A DNA stretch of 64,000 bases, taken from Nitrosopumilus sp. (lineage in GTDB: Archaea > Thermoproteota > Nitrososphaeria > Nitrososphaerales > Nitrosopumilaceae). Made by a program: the position numbers and the translations under genes. Below the pieces are notes generated by a model. It was not told where the DNA came from, did not search any database, and saw only the letters and a list, made by a program, of their open reading frames with translations. Positions 40,867 through 50,608 of the stretch are shown piece by piece. Position 1 is the stretch's first letter. Every line of letters starts with the position of its first letter. The stretch lies in NCBI GenBank assembly GCA_965249555.1, contig OZ252243.1, positions 960,001 to 1,024,000 of the forward strand, in the 5' to 3' direction.

Positions 40867-40970
40867 ATTTATCTATCTTATGTAATATTTATGACATTAT
40901 ATAAAGATTATTCTATTTTCTTTGATATCTTACATAATCCTATTATAACTGACATATTATAATAATCTTA

Positions 40971-41636
40971 ATGAGGGTTTCAAGTATGTCTGTGCCTGAG
41001 GTTGTAAGGGAGATTATTACCAGAAATCGTTCAATTTATGATTGCATGAAGATGGATCTGATAAACTACACAGCACTAGCAGTAAAGATTCAACCAGAGA
41101 TTGAAAGGATTCTAGGAAATTCTGTTAATGTCAATACAGTGGTAGTTGCAATCAAAAGATATTCAGATTCATTTGAAATTAAAGAAGAGATCAAAGAGGA
41201 ATCAGTTTTGAAAAATGCTAGATTGGCTTTAACTGATGGAATTATGGATATTAAATTTTCAATAAAGGATTCTAATGAAATAGATCCTATGTCAATTTTA
41301 GATAAATTTTCCAAGATAACTAACAATTATGAATTTTTTAGAGTATCTGATTCTTTTAGATTTCTTGCTGAAGATATGGAAGACATTAGGCAGATCTTCA
41401 GCAATGTCTCAAACAGAGAGGATATGTTCAGTACGGGTCTTGCAAAGATTAGAATCTCAATACCTACATCCCAAAATCAATCTGATGTAGTTTCTTATGT
41501 TGCTGAGGTATTGCATGCTAACGGGATTGAGCTAGTAAATGCATTTTTCAGCCAAGACAGTATTGTTATTATTTTAAATGAAAAGAATTCATCAAGGGCA
41601 TATGATATCTTACATTCAGATATTATGAGAACCTAA
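40971..41636 (+). CDS. ACT-domain protein with N-terminal HTH-like region
   Basis: LINYTALA...VVVAIKRY N-terminus; C-terminal ACT-like VAEVLHANGIELV. Confidence 0.75.
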   Translation: MRVSSMSVPEVVREIITRNRSIYDCMKMDLINYTALAVKIQPEIERILGNSVNVNTVVVAIKRYSDSFEIKEEIKEESVLKNARLALTDGIMDIKFSIKDSNEIDPMSILDKFSKITNNYEFFRVSDSFRFLAEDMEDIRQIFSNVSNREDMFSTGLAKIRISIPTSQNQSDVVSYVAEVLHANGIELVNAFFSQDSIVIILNEKNSSRAYDILHSDIMRT

Positions 41637-41686
41637 TTGTGTGATTTTCCTGAAAATATTGCTCATAGCATATATTCACCCAATCT

Positions 41687-43060
41687 GTGAAAAGGGCACA
41701 ATTGGTTAGAAATAAGAAGAAAGTTGTGATTTTAGGTGGTGGTTTTGCAGGAGTAGAATGCACTAGACAACTAGAATCTGAATTTGGAAACGATCCTGAA
41801 ATAGAACTAGTAATGATAAGTGAAGATAATTTTATGTTATTTACACCAATGTTGCCACAAGTGGCATCAGGAATGATTGAAACCAGACACATAGTTTTTC
41901 CTATTAGAACAATCTGCAAGAAAACAAAGTTCTATGAAGGTAGAATTAAAAATATTGATCCCTATGGAAAACTAGTAACCCTATGGGGAACTGGAGATAA
42001 AAGAAGTATCTCAATTCATTATGATTTCCTGATAGTTGCACTCGGTAGTGAGACAAACTTTTTTGGAATGGCAGATGTGGAAAAAAATGCCTACACCATG
42101 AAGACACTCAATGACGCTGTGATGTTAAGAAATAGAGTTATTGATATGCTTGAACAAGCAGAAAATGAGACTAATCCAATTCTTCGAAAAAGCTTTTTGA
42201 ATTTTGTTGTTGTTGGTGGTGGTTTTGCAGGAATTGAAACTGCAGGTGAATTGATGGATCTACTTTTTGATGCACGAAAATACTACCCAACTACACATAA
42301 AGAAGATCTCAAAGTTATCGTGTTAGAGGCATTGCCATTGATCTTGCCAGGATTTGAACCAAAACTAGCAGAGTTTGCAAAAGAGAAGTTGATAGAGAGA
42401 GGAATTGACATTAGACTAAAAACAGCAGTAACTAGTTTTGATGGAAATGAGGTTACCACAAAATCATTAGATGAGAATCCAAAAGATCCACTAGACACAT
42501 CAGAGATTGATGCAATTAGAACAAAGACTATGATTTGGACTGCTGGGGTAACTCCAGTTAATACAATCAAGAGATCAATGTTCAAAACTGACAAGGGCAA
42601 AGTCATAGTTAATGACTATCTTGAAGTTCAAGACTTTCCGGGAGTTTTTGCAATAGGAGATTGTGCATTATTTTTAGATCCGAAAACAAAAAGGCCATAT
42701 CCTCCAACTGCACAAATTGCAGAAGCTCAAGCAAAAACTGCAGCTAAAAACTTAAAGGCATTAATTAAAAATTCGCAAAAAGAAAAATTTGAATATAATT
42801 CCAAGGGTCAAATGGCAATTATTGGAAAGAGATCAGGAATTGCCACATTTTTGGGAATGAATATCTCTGGATTTTGGGCATGGTTGATTTGGAGAAATGT
42901 CTATCTTTCAAAAATTCCAACTTTTGATAAAAAATTTAGAGTGTTCCTTGATTGGGCAATAGATTTGTTTTTTGACAGAGACATTTCTAGACTAAAACTA
43001 ATGAAACGTGAAACTGAGAAAGAATACAAGCTGCTTGATGAAGTAGATGATGTTTGGTAA
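41687..43060 (+). CDS. Type II NADH dehydrogenase-like FAD-dependent oxidoreductase
   Basis: Two GGGFAG motifs, FTPMLP, WTAGV, AIGD, PPTAQIA. Confidence 0.9.
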   Translation: MKRAQLVRNKKKVVILGGGFAGVECTRQLESEFGNDPEIELVMISEDNFMLFTPMLPQVASGMIETRHIVFPIRTICKKTKFYEGRIKNIDPYGKLVTLWGTGDKRSISIHYDFLIVALGSETNFFGMADVEKNAYTMKTLNDAVMLRNRVIDMLEQAENETNPILRKSFLNFVVVGGGFAGIETAGELMDLLFDARKYYPTTHKEDLKVIVLEALPLILPGFEPKLAEFAKEKLIERGIDIRLKTAVTSFDGNEVTTKSLDENPKDPLDTSEIDAIRTKTMIWTAGVTPVNTIKRSMFKTDKGKVIVNDYLEVQDFPGVFAIGDCALFLDPKTKRPYPPTAQIAEAQAKTAAKNLKALIKNSQKEKFEYNSKGQMAIIGKRSGIATFLGMNISGFWAWLIWRNVYLSKIPTFDKKFRVFLDWAIDLFFDRDISRLKLMKRETEKEYKLLDEVDDVW

Positions 43061-43071
43061 TCTATACGGGA

Positions 43072-43251
43072 TTATTCTTCAATCTTAAGAGCAGCAGATG
43101 GACATTCCTTTACAACCTTTCTAATTTGGTCTTCAGGTGCACCATCTTGTATGATAACAAATTTTCCATCTTGTTTTGTAAATACTGAAGGAAGATTCTT
43201 GACACATTTTGCTGAATGAATGCAAATGTTTTCATCCCAAGTTACTTTCAT
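43072..43251 (-). CDS. Small divergent ferredoxin (YjdI/Fer4_19-like), 59 aa, not in the track
   Basis: MKVTWDENICIHSAKCVKNLPSVF...VKECPSAALKIEE*. Confidence 0.85.
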   Translation of the reverse strand: MKVTWDENICIHSAKCVKNLPSVFTKQDGKFVIIQDGAPEDQIRKVVKECPSAALKIEE

Positions 43252-43308
43252 TATTGTTTATTCTATATTCAGAGATTTATAGTATTCGAGAGATTTGTAT
43301 AATACAAA

Positions 43309-44847
43309 TTAGATATATTTTCTAATTCCAATAATCACACTAGCTGGAATCCCAATATACATTCCAAAATTAAGTATGATTAAAGATATTCCATATCCTA
43401 GCACTTTAGTTTCTGAATCCATATCTACATAATTTAAAATTGAAAGAGAACTAATCATTGGAGTAATTCCAAGCTTAACTATCTCTTTGAAAACTGGATT
43501 TTCACGCTCATAATCTGCTATGTATGGACTAAATGAATAATAGAAATCATTGAATGTATTCATGAATGAAACCCCTGATTTTGAGTTTAGTAGTTTGTTA
43601 TCTCTGAGTTCTCTTAATTGTTGTACTTGTGAAGAAAGTTCTGAACCATATGTTGCAGTTGCAATTAAACATCCTCCTCCCTCTTCATTGAGTTCATTCT
43701 TAGAGGAGTCTTTGGATAATATTTCAAAAGAATCAATTGTTTCATCAAATCTTGGAAGTTGAGAATCAAATTCATCTATACCATTAGCATATGCAAGTGT
43801 GTAGAATTTTTCAGTATCATAAATTAAAACTTCTTTAAATTTTATATCAATTTTTTCGTTATTGGATAAAAAGAATCCTTCTGCATTAGTTACATATGCT
43901 TGATAATTATTGATGGTTGTTTTTTCCTGTGAAATTATCTTCAAGTTTTCTGATTCTTTTCCTTCAATTAATTCCTCAGCCTTTTCAGAAATAAGATCAT
44001 CTAGAGTTCTTTGGTTAGTTTGTTGAACTGTTAACGAAATTACAGGATTCATTGCACCGATCTTTGGTCCTACTGCAATTACATCAGGAGAGTTTTGTTG
44101 TATTTTATCAGGTTTCTGCAAGAACCAACCTTCTGGTGCACTAAATGTAGTTTCGAGTTCAGTGCTTTCAAATTTTTGATTACCAGTTGGCGGAGTTACA
44201 GTAGATTGTGTACGTTCAGGATCTGGTAATTCAAGAAGGTTTGACACCTCAGAGCGAGGAACAGTTGTGACCTTTGTTATTTTGACTTGTTCTGTGTCTA
44301 TGGGTATATCACTAGATCCTATTTCAACTGCTGCAATTTTATCAAGTGTTTCAAAACTTTCATCAGTTACAATTCTACCAAATACTGTATACTTTTCATC
44401 AAGGAAGTTAGAATCTTTGTGAACTATGAAAAATTGAGAACCAGCACTATTTGGATCAGCTGATCTTGCCATTGAAACAATTCCACGATTGTGTTTGATT
44501 GTGTTAAATTCAGCATCTACTCTTTCTGTTGGACCTCCTTGTCCCCAAGTACTTGGATCACCGTCTATTGTATTTGGATCACCTCCCTGAATCATAAATC
44601 CTGGAATTATTCGATGAAAGACAGTTCCATCATAAAATCCAGATACAGATAATTTAATAAAATTTTCAACATGATTTGGTGCATCATTATTGAAAAATTC
44701 TATTGTAATATTTCCAAGGTTAGTCTCTAAAATGACTACAGGATCAAGTATTTGAGTTTGAGTGATCTCAACTGATTGTGCAAATGCTTGATTTCCAACA
44801 CTAACTAAAATTAATGAAATTGTCATTGCCAAAAATATTTTATTCAA
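43309..44847 (-). CDS. Exported cyclophilin-type PPIase with a middle PsbP-like domain and CFI-box C-terminal anchor
   Basis: Signal peptide; FHRIIPGFMIQGGD, SAGSQFFI, YTVFG; GGGCLIATATYGS...LRELRD plus TM. Confidence 0.9.
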   Translation of the reverse strand: MNKIFLAMTISLILVSVGNQAFAQSVEITQTQILDPVVILETNLGNITIEFFNNDAPNHVENFIKLSVSGFYDGTVFHRIIPGFMIQGGDPNTIDGDPSTWGQGGPTERVDAEFNTIKHNRGIVSMARSADPNSAGSQFFIVHKDSNFLDEKYTVFGRIVTDESFETLDKIAAVEIGSSDIPIDTEQVKITKVTTVPRSEVSNLLELPDPERTQSTVTPPTGNQKFESTELETTFSAPEGWFLQKPDKIQQNSPDVIAVGPKIGAMNPVISLTVQQTNQRTLDDLISEKAEELIEGKESENLKIISQEKTTINNYQAYVTNAEGFFLSNNEKIDIKFKEVLIYDTEKFYTLAYANGIDEFDSQLPRFDETIDSFEILSKDSSKNELNEEGGGCLIATATYGSELSSQVQQLRELRDNKLLNSKSGVSFMNTFNDFYYSFSPYIADYERENPVFKEIVKLGITPMISSLSILNYVDMDSETKVLGYGISLIILNFGMYIGIPASVIIGIRKYI

Positions 44848-44920
44848 CTATTTTTCACAAAGTGCCATACTTAAAAGCCAATTGTATTAGTTTTTAACAA
44901 AGCCAAGTAGATCAATCGAC

Positions 44921-45412
44921 ATGCAATCTGATGAGAAGATTCAAGCACATCTAGTTTCAATATGGAGAGAATCCAAAAAGTTCTTTTCAATTGGTGGAAA
45001 AGAGGGCATGTTAGTATTGACTGACAAACATTTGATGTTTGTATACAAGACAGAAGCCAGAATGAAGTGGTGGAAGGCTATTACTCAAAGACAGGTAATT
45101 AATTTTATCAAATCAAAAAACACGATGATTTATCATGATGGTTATGGTGAAGAAGAATTAATGGATGATTTAGAAAATGAGAAAAATATAGAGTTAGCAT
45201 TTGATGATATTTCCAATATTAGTTTTGAAGAAAAGATTTGGGGAAGCGCATTACTATTAGAATATGAAAAAGATGGAAAACAAGAAAAATTTCAATATGC
45301 AATAGCACAAGATTGGGTAAAATATCCTGTAAAAGAGCCTACAAAATTCATGAAGGTAGACTGGGAGCCTTTTGTGCAATATATTAAAGACAGACAAAGA
45401 TTTACGAAGTAA
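44921..45412 (+). CDS. Hypothetical protein, possibly PH/GRAM-like
   Basis: EGMLVLTDKHLMF motif. Confidence 0.65.
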   Translation: MQSDEKIQAHLVSIWRESKKFFSIGGKEGMLVLTDKHLMFVYKTEARMKWWKAITQRQVINFIKSKNTMIYHDGYGEEELMDDLENEKNIELAFDDISNISFEEKIWGSALLLEYEKDGKQEKFQYAIAQDWVKYPVKEPTKFMKVDWEPFVQYIKDRQRFTK

Positions 45413-45414
45413 AA

Positions 45415-46131
45415 TTGGGAAAAGTTTATGCTGTTGGTGTCGGGCCAGGTTCATCAAAATATGTAACTGAGATTGTAAAAGAAATTCTTCAGAATTGTGA
45501 TATTGTAATTGGTTACAAATACACACTAAAGACAATAGAGAATCTAATTGAAGGAAAAGAGATCTATGAAGTTACTATGAAAGATCAGGAAGAGTCCTAT
45601 CAAAAAATTCTTCCCAAGCTTGGCAATAAAACATTAGTAATTCCATTTACAGGAGATGTGAATTTTTCTGAATCAGAAGTTGTGGATAGATTAATTGAAA
45701 TTTTTGGTGAAGTTGAAATTATTCCTGGTATTAGTTCAATTCAGGTTGCTGCATCAAGAGCCAAAGTTCCTCTTGATAAATCTAAAATAATTACAATGCA
45801 TGTTACAACTCCGATTGAAGATAAGAAATTAGAATTACAAAAGGCATTGATTGATGGTTTTAGTGTGATTTTAGTTCCAAGACCTTGGCCAAAACAACCA
45901 GACAAGCACTTTATGCCTTCAGAGATAGCAGTTTACCTTCGAGAGCATAATTTTGATACTGCTCAAATGAAGGTACATGTTTTTGAGGCAATAACTACTG
46001 AAAATGAAACCAATTTTGTAGGAACTGTAAAAGATTTGGAAGAAAAAGAGTTTTCTGATTTGTCTGTAATGGTGCTTAATCAGGCAAGTTTGGATTCATA
46101 TATGAATTACAGATGGCAATGGGAAAATTAG
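45415..46131 (+). CDS. cbiE: Cobalt-precorrin-7 C5-methyltransferase
   Basis: VGVGPG, TGDVNFS, IIPGISSIQVAA. Confidence 0.85.
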   Translation: MGKVYAVGVGPGSSKYVTEIVKEILQNCDIVIGYKYTLKTIENLIEGKEIYEVTMKDQEESYQKILPKLGNKTLVIPFTGDVNFSESEVVDRLIEIFGEVEIIPGISSIQVAASRAKVPLDKSKIITMHVTTPIEDKKLELQKALIDGFSVILVPRPWPKQPDKHFMPSEIAVYLREHNFDTAQMKVHVFEAITTENETNFVGTVKDLEEKEFSDLSVMVLNQASLDSYMNYRWQWEN

Positions 46132-46435
46132 TTACCTAAGTTTTCTCCGTCATCAAAAACCAAATTATCTGAACTTGGGAAGACATATGCTACAATTTTC
46201 ATCCATTCATAATCTGGATCATACAGTCTGTAAAATCCCATATCATCAAATGTTATGTTAACTGATTCTCCTGGTGCAATATCTCCAGTTGAAATTCTTC
46301 CATCAGGAGTAAATGGAATATAACGATCACGGTTTTCTTTTCCACTAATAATACTGTGAGATACTTTATCATCATTTACTATTGTAATGGTAATACCTGT
46401 CGTGTATGATATGTCCCACGCTGGCATGGTTATGG
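46128..46435 (-). pseudogene. 5'-truncated cupredoxin-fold exported protein
   Basis: TITIVNDDKVSHSIISG...TGDIAPGES..ITFDDMGFYRLYDPDYEWM; N-terminus missing. Confidence 0.6.
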
Positions 46436-46872
46436 TAGAACTACTTTATGGTGATATTTTGATAATAGTTTCTGGGTTTTTTCTTGCTATTGATGTTAAT
46501 CTTTACAAGTTTGTAAGCAACAAAATAAGCTCACATAGAATAATGCAGCTTTGTTCATTTTCAGGAGGAGCGCTTGCTTTAGGAGTTATTTTTGTATTGG
46601 ACATGCCAATAGAAGTTAACTGGGATCAAATGATTCCAATCATTCTTGTTAGCATTCTTGGAGTAGGATTACCTACAATGTTTTTTCTTATTGCAATAAG
46701 ATTAATCGGTCCAGTTAAAACAATTCTTGTTTATTCTACTACATCGGTTTTTGGTTTAGGATTCGCTGCTTTGATATTAGGTGAAGAGTTTTCACATATA
46801 CATGGTATTTCTACAGCAATAGTAATTATAGTAATTTTCTTGTTAAGAAAAAGATTGGCAGCAAGTGAATAG
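46435..46872 (+). pseudogene. 5'-truncated DMT/EamA transporter (C-terminal half)
   Basis: GDILII...AIRLIGPVKT...ALILGE; only ~5 TM helices. Confidence 0.6.
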
Positions 46873-46877
46873 AGAAA

Positions 46878-47414
46878 TTATAATCCAGGCATTTCAAGGC
46901 CTTCTTGTTGGGCCAATTCTATCATGAAAAATTCAAGATATCCTCCTGCCAAAAGGAGCGCCACAACAATTCCAATTTCAATGACTGTTGGTTTGAGAAA
47001 TGAAGTAAGGTTGATCTTTTTAATTACTGCCTGAATTAGTATGAAACTTCTAGAGATGCCTATCGAGTATGCAACAATTTCCATCAGTCCAAATGGTGAT
47101 AAGAAAAGAATTGAGAGTGGTGGAATTTCTCCTATTTCAGGAACGGTAGAAACAATTGCGGCAAAAGCAAATCCTGTGGACCAAGCAGCAAAAAGTCCCC
47201 ATGCAACTCCAAACCCAGGAATAAACATGGGTAGTGCAATAGTGGTATTATGTGTGAAAATTCCAAATGCATCAATATCTAAAACAAGTTCTTCAAATTC
47301 AGCCATGAAGGCATTTGCATCTTCTTCACTTACAGAACTCATTGAGCCGATCTGAAATACTGCAGCAAAAATTCCTAAAAATATGAAAAATGTAATTATT
47401 CTAATTTTATTCAT
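46878..47414 (-). CDS. SpoIIM-like membrane protein
   Basis: IFTHN, PFGLMEIVAY, GGYLE. Confidence 0.8.
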   Translation of the reverse strand: MNKIRIITFFIFLGIFAAVFQIGSMSSVSEEDANAFMAEFEELVLDIDAFGIFTHNTTIALPMFIPGFGVAWGLFAAWSTGFAFAAIVSTVPEIGEIPPLSILFLSPFGLMEIVAYSIGISRSFILIQAVIKKINLTSFLKPTVIEIGIVVALLLAGGYLEFFMIELAQQEGLEMPGL

Positions 47415-47478
47415 ATTACCTTCTCATTTTGTACAATATTTGAGGGTTAGGTGTTAGGCACAGATTTAATTAAACCAG

Positions 47479-48939
47479 ATGATATTTTTTGATATGAAAA
47501 AGGAGTTAACCTTTGCATTAAACTATGCATTAAACAAAGGATTCCAGATTCATCCAGATGCTTTTAAAATTTTAGAAAATTTTGATGTTAAAAAATTAGA
47601 GAAGATCATAAAAGAGATAGTTAAAGAAAAAACCAAACAAAAATTATTTCAGATCAACCAAGATGATTTAGAGATATATCTTGGAATTAAGGAGGACCTA
47701 ACTCTACAAAGTGAAATTAAAATATTATCTGATCCTACGAAAAAAATAACAACAGGTGAGGGAGTTAAAGGGTATAATGCATTATTTTCAAGTCGTTTTA
47801 ACAAGCTTAAAAGAATAATTTTAGATAGACCAGAATCAAAAAAACTCAAATCTATTGCATCTTTGAAAATCACAAAACAAGAAGGAGATACGTACGTCTG
47901 TGGTCTTATCACTTCAATAATTAGTGAGAGAAATATCTCAAAGTTGACTCTAGAGGACCCATCAGGCTTGTTTGAGGGTATTGTTTTTGATAATGAATTA
48001 CAAAAGACTGCAGGCACTCTTCTAACTGACCAATTTGTAATGGTAAGGATAGGTTTAGGAAAGAATTCTGGATTTATTATAAAGGATATAATTCTGCCAG
48101 ATATTCCAGATCAGGCTATCAACAAATCAGAATCTGAAGTGTATGCAGTCTTTCTTTCAGATCTTCATATTGGAAGTAAGTACTTCATGGAGGAGGAATT
48201 TATGAAATTTGTTTTGTGGTTATCAAGCCCAGATCCAGTTGCAAGAAAAATTCGTTTTGTCTTAATTGGAGGGGATGTAGTTGATGGAGTTGGAATATAT
48301 CCAAATCAGGATAAAGAGTTGGTTTGCCAGACCATTGAAGAGCAATTAAAAAAGACAGTTGGTTTGATTGAAAAGATTCCAAAAAATATCAAGGTCATTA
48401 TAATGCCTGGAAACCATGATCCTGGAAGAAGAGCCCTCCCACAGCCAGCCATACCAAAAAAATACAATTCAAGTTTATGGGAAATGGAAAATGTAGTAAT
48501 GGTTGGAAACCCAGCCGTAGTTTCATTGAACGGGGTAAAGATAATGATGTTTCACGGACAGAGTATTGATGATATTGTAAAGACCACACCTGGTCTAAGT
48601 TATGACAAACCAACAAATGTAATGAAACATCTTCTCAAGGCTAGACATCTAAGTCCAATTTATGGTAGTCAAACACCCATAGCCCCAGAGATGGAGGATC
48701 TTTTGGTAATTGAGGATATTCCAGATATCTTTCATGTAGGTCATGTTCATAGAGCAGAATTGGATATGTATAAGGGAATTTTATTGGTAAATTCGGGTTC
48801 ATGGCAAAAACAAACACCTTTCCAGGCTAGTGTTGGAATGACTCCGAACCCAGGAATTGCACTTATGGTAAATCTAAAAACTTTCCAAGTTCATTATGAA
48901 AATTATAATTTAGAGTTAGATAATATCCTTCAAAGTTAG
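47479..48939 (+). CDS. polB: DNA polymerase D small (proofreading) subunit DP1
   Basis: SDLHIGS, GDVVDGVGIYPNQ, PGNHD, HGQS, GHVH. Confidence 0.95.
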   Translation: MIFFDMKKELTFALNYALNKGFQIHPDAFKILENFDVKKLEKIIKEIVKEKTKQKLFQINQDDLEIYLGIKEDLTLQSEIKILSDPTKKITTGEGVKGYNALFSSRFNKLKRIILDRPESKKLKSIASLKITKQEGDTYVCGLITSIISERNISKLTLEDPSGLFEGIVFDNELQKTAGTLLTDQFVMVRIGLGKNSGFIIKDIILPDIPDQAINKSESEVYAVFLSDLHIGSKYFMEEEFMKFVLWLSSPDPVARKIRFVLIGGDVVDGVGIYPNQDKELVCQTIEEQLKKTVGLIEKIPKNIKVIIMPGNHDPGRRALPQPAIPKKYNSSLWEMENVVMVGNPAVVSLNGVKIMMFHGQSIDDIVKTTPGLSYDKPTNVMKHLLKARHLSPIYGSQTPIAPEMEDLLVIEDIPDIFHVGHVHRAELDMYKGILLVNSGSWQKQTPFQASVGMTPNPGIALMVNLKTFQVHYENYNLELDNILQS

Positions 48940-50124
48940 ATCGTTTTTGAAGGTCTTTTTTATCATTTCAGATGAGATCGTAAGTTTGTATTTTTTTGTT
49001 CTACCATGAATTCCTTGGTGGACCAGTCTTCCAATAATGATTCCAGATAATTCAATTTCACTCAACATTTGTGTAGTTCTTCTTTGGGTTAGCTCATCCC
49101 GGCCAACTGTCTTGCAGAGATTTTTGTATGATGAGTAAATCTCTCCAGTTGAAGAGCCATTTGCCTTCATAATTGCAAGAATGACTAGTTTTTCATGAAG
49201 GGGATATGATTTTAGCGAGGTTTCCTCTTTGTTTTCTTCAATTTTTAGAGAAGCTTCTCTGACATGTTCAACTGTAACTTTGTTTGATTGTTGTCTTTCA
49301 GCAATCTCTCCTGCGACACGGATCAAATCAATTGCCCTACGAGCATCACCATGTTCTCCTCCTGCAAGTGCCGCACATAGATTTAGGGCAGGATCCTCAA
49401 CAGAATTCTCTACAAAGGCTTCGTTAATTCTCTCTTCAAGAATTGTTTTAATTTGTTCAACATTATAGTTGGTAAAGACAATCTCTTCCTCGCCAAGACT
49501 GCTAATTACTCTAGGATCTAGTCTTTCTTTGAATGTTAGATCATTTGAAATTCCCACCAAAGTTAGGGAACCTTGTTTTAATCGCTCATTTGCTCTTGTT
49601 AGTTGATATAAGATGTCTTTACCTGTTTTTGATACTAATTGGGCTAGATAGTCAATCTCATCAATTACAAAAATTGCGTTAAGTTTTCCTTCATCAATCT
49701 TATTGAGGAGTCTTTTGAAAACCTCACTTATTGCTAGGCCAGTTGTGGGTAATTCCTCCTTTCCTAGGTCTAATTGCCTGCCTAAACTAACTAATAATCC
49801 ATAGAGGGTTGTCTCTTCTTTAGAGTTGGAATAAACTAGTTTAATTGGGAAATTTGATTTTTCTACTCTTTCTTGAATTTTAGAAATTACTTTTTTTACA
49901 ACTAATGTTTTACCTATTCCAGGTTTTCCATAAACCAAAAGATTTGATGGTCTTGATTGTTTTAGTATTGGTAATAGTGATTGTGTAACTTGTTCTTGTT
50001 CAGAAGTTCTGTGTTGTATGGTATTTGGTATGTAGGTTGTTTGAAGAATATCTCTATTTTTTATTATAGATTCACCTGATTCTGCTGCATCAAGTAATCT
50101 ATCTATTGGATCAGACATACTCAC
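48916..50124 (-). CDS. cdc6: Orc1/Cdc6 replication initiator
   Basis: GKPGIGKT, DEID, GDARRAIDL, C-terminal wHTH with GRT wing. Confidence 0.96.
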   Translation of the reverse strand: MSMSDPIDRLLDAAESGESIIKNRDILQTTYIPNTIQHRTSEQEQVTQSLLPILKQSRPSNLLVYGKPGIGKTLVVKKVISKIQERVEKSNFPIKLVYSNSKEETTLYGLLVSLGRQLDLGKEELPTTGLAISEVFKRLLNKIDEGKLNAIFVIDEIDYLAQLVSKTGKDILYQLTRANERLKQGSLTLVGISNDLTFKERLDPRVISSLGEEEIVFTNYNVEQIKTILEERINEAFVENSVEDPALNLCAALAGGEHGDARRAIDLIRVAGEIAERQQSNKVTVEHVREASLKIEENKEETSLKSYPLHEKLVILAIMKANGSSTGEIYSSYKNLCKTVGRDELTQRRTTQMLSEIELSGIIIGRLVHQGIHGRTKKYKLTISSEMIKKTFKNDLTLKDII

Positions 50125-50199
50125 ACACCTTTGTTTCCTATCAATAATATCATAACCATATCTAAATTAAGAGAGTAAAGAAGAGAACAATAACTCTAG

Positions 50200-50460
50200 C
50201 TTAGTTTGTAATTAATTATTTTTAGTTAGATTTTGATTTTCTTAAAAAAAAATTATAAAAAATACAGAGTGGAAAGATTGGTGTGTGGGTTGAATCTAAA
50301 TTTTACCTTAAAGTTAACATTTTGTTAATATCCTGCTATGGAATTATATAAAAAACCTATTTTGACCCTTTAATTTCCATTCCAGGCGTTAAGATTGATG
50401 TTAACACTGTGAATATGCTTGAAACAACCCCTTTATTTCCACTCCAAGCATAAATATTTC
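50200..50460. other. Probable replication origin (oriC) with three ORB elements
   Basis: GAGTGGAAAG (+, 50267-50276); minus-strand GGAATGGAAATTAAAGGG (~50365-50386) and GGAGTGGAAATAAAGGGG (~50427-50448); AT-rich tracts; directly upstream of cdc6. Confidence 0.85.
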
Positions 50461-50585
50461 TTAATTAGAGGGGATTTTACATGAGATGTTGTTAATAATA
50501 AAAATATGACTAGGCGTGGCTTATGCAGTCAATGTTAACAAACAATCTAGTTAACAAACATTCTCGGATCAATTGAACTGTTAAC
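50313..50585. repeat. Array of five GTTAAC palindromes
   Basis: At 50313, 50400, 50534, 50550 and 50580; GTTAACAAACA occurs twice. Confidence 0.7.
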
Positions 50586-50608
50586 ATCTGATCCTTTAGA
50601 TCTCAAAG

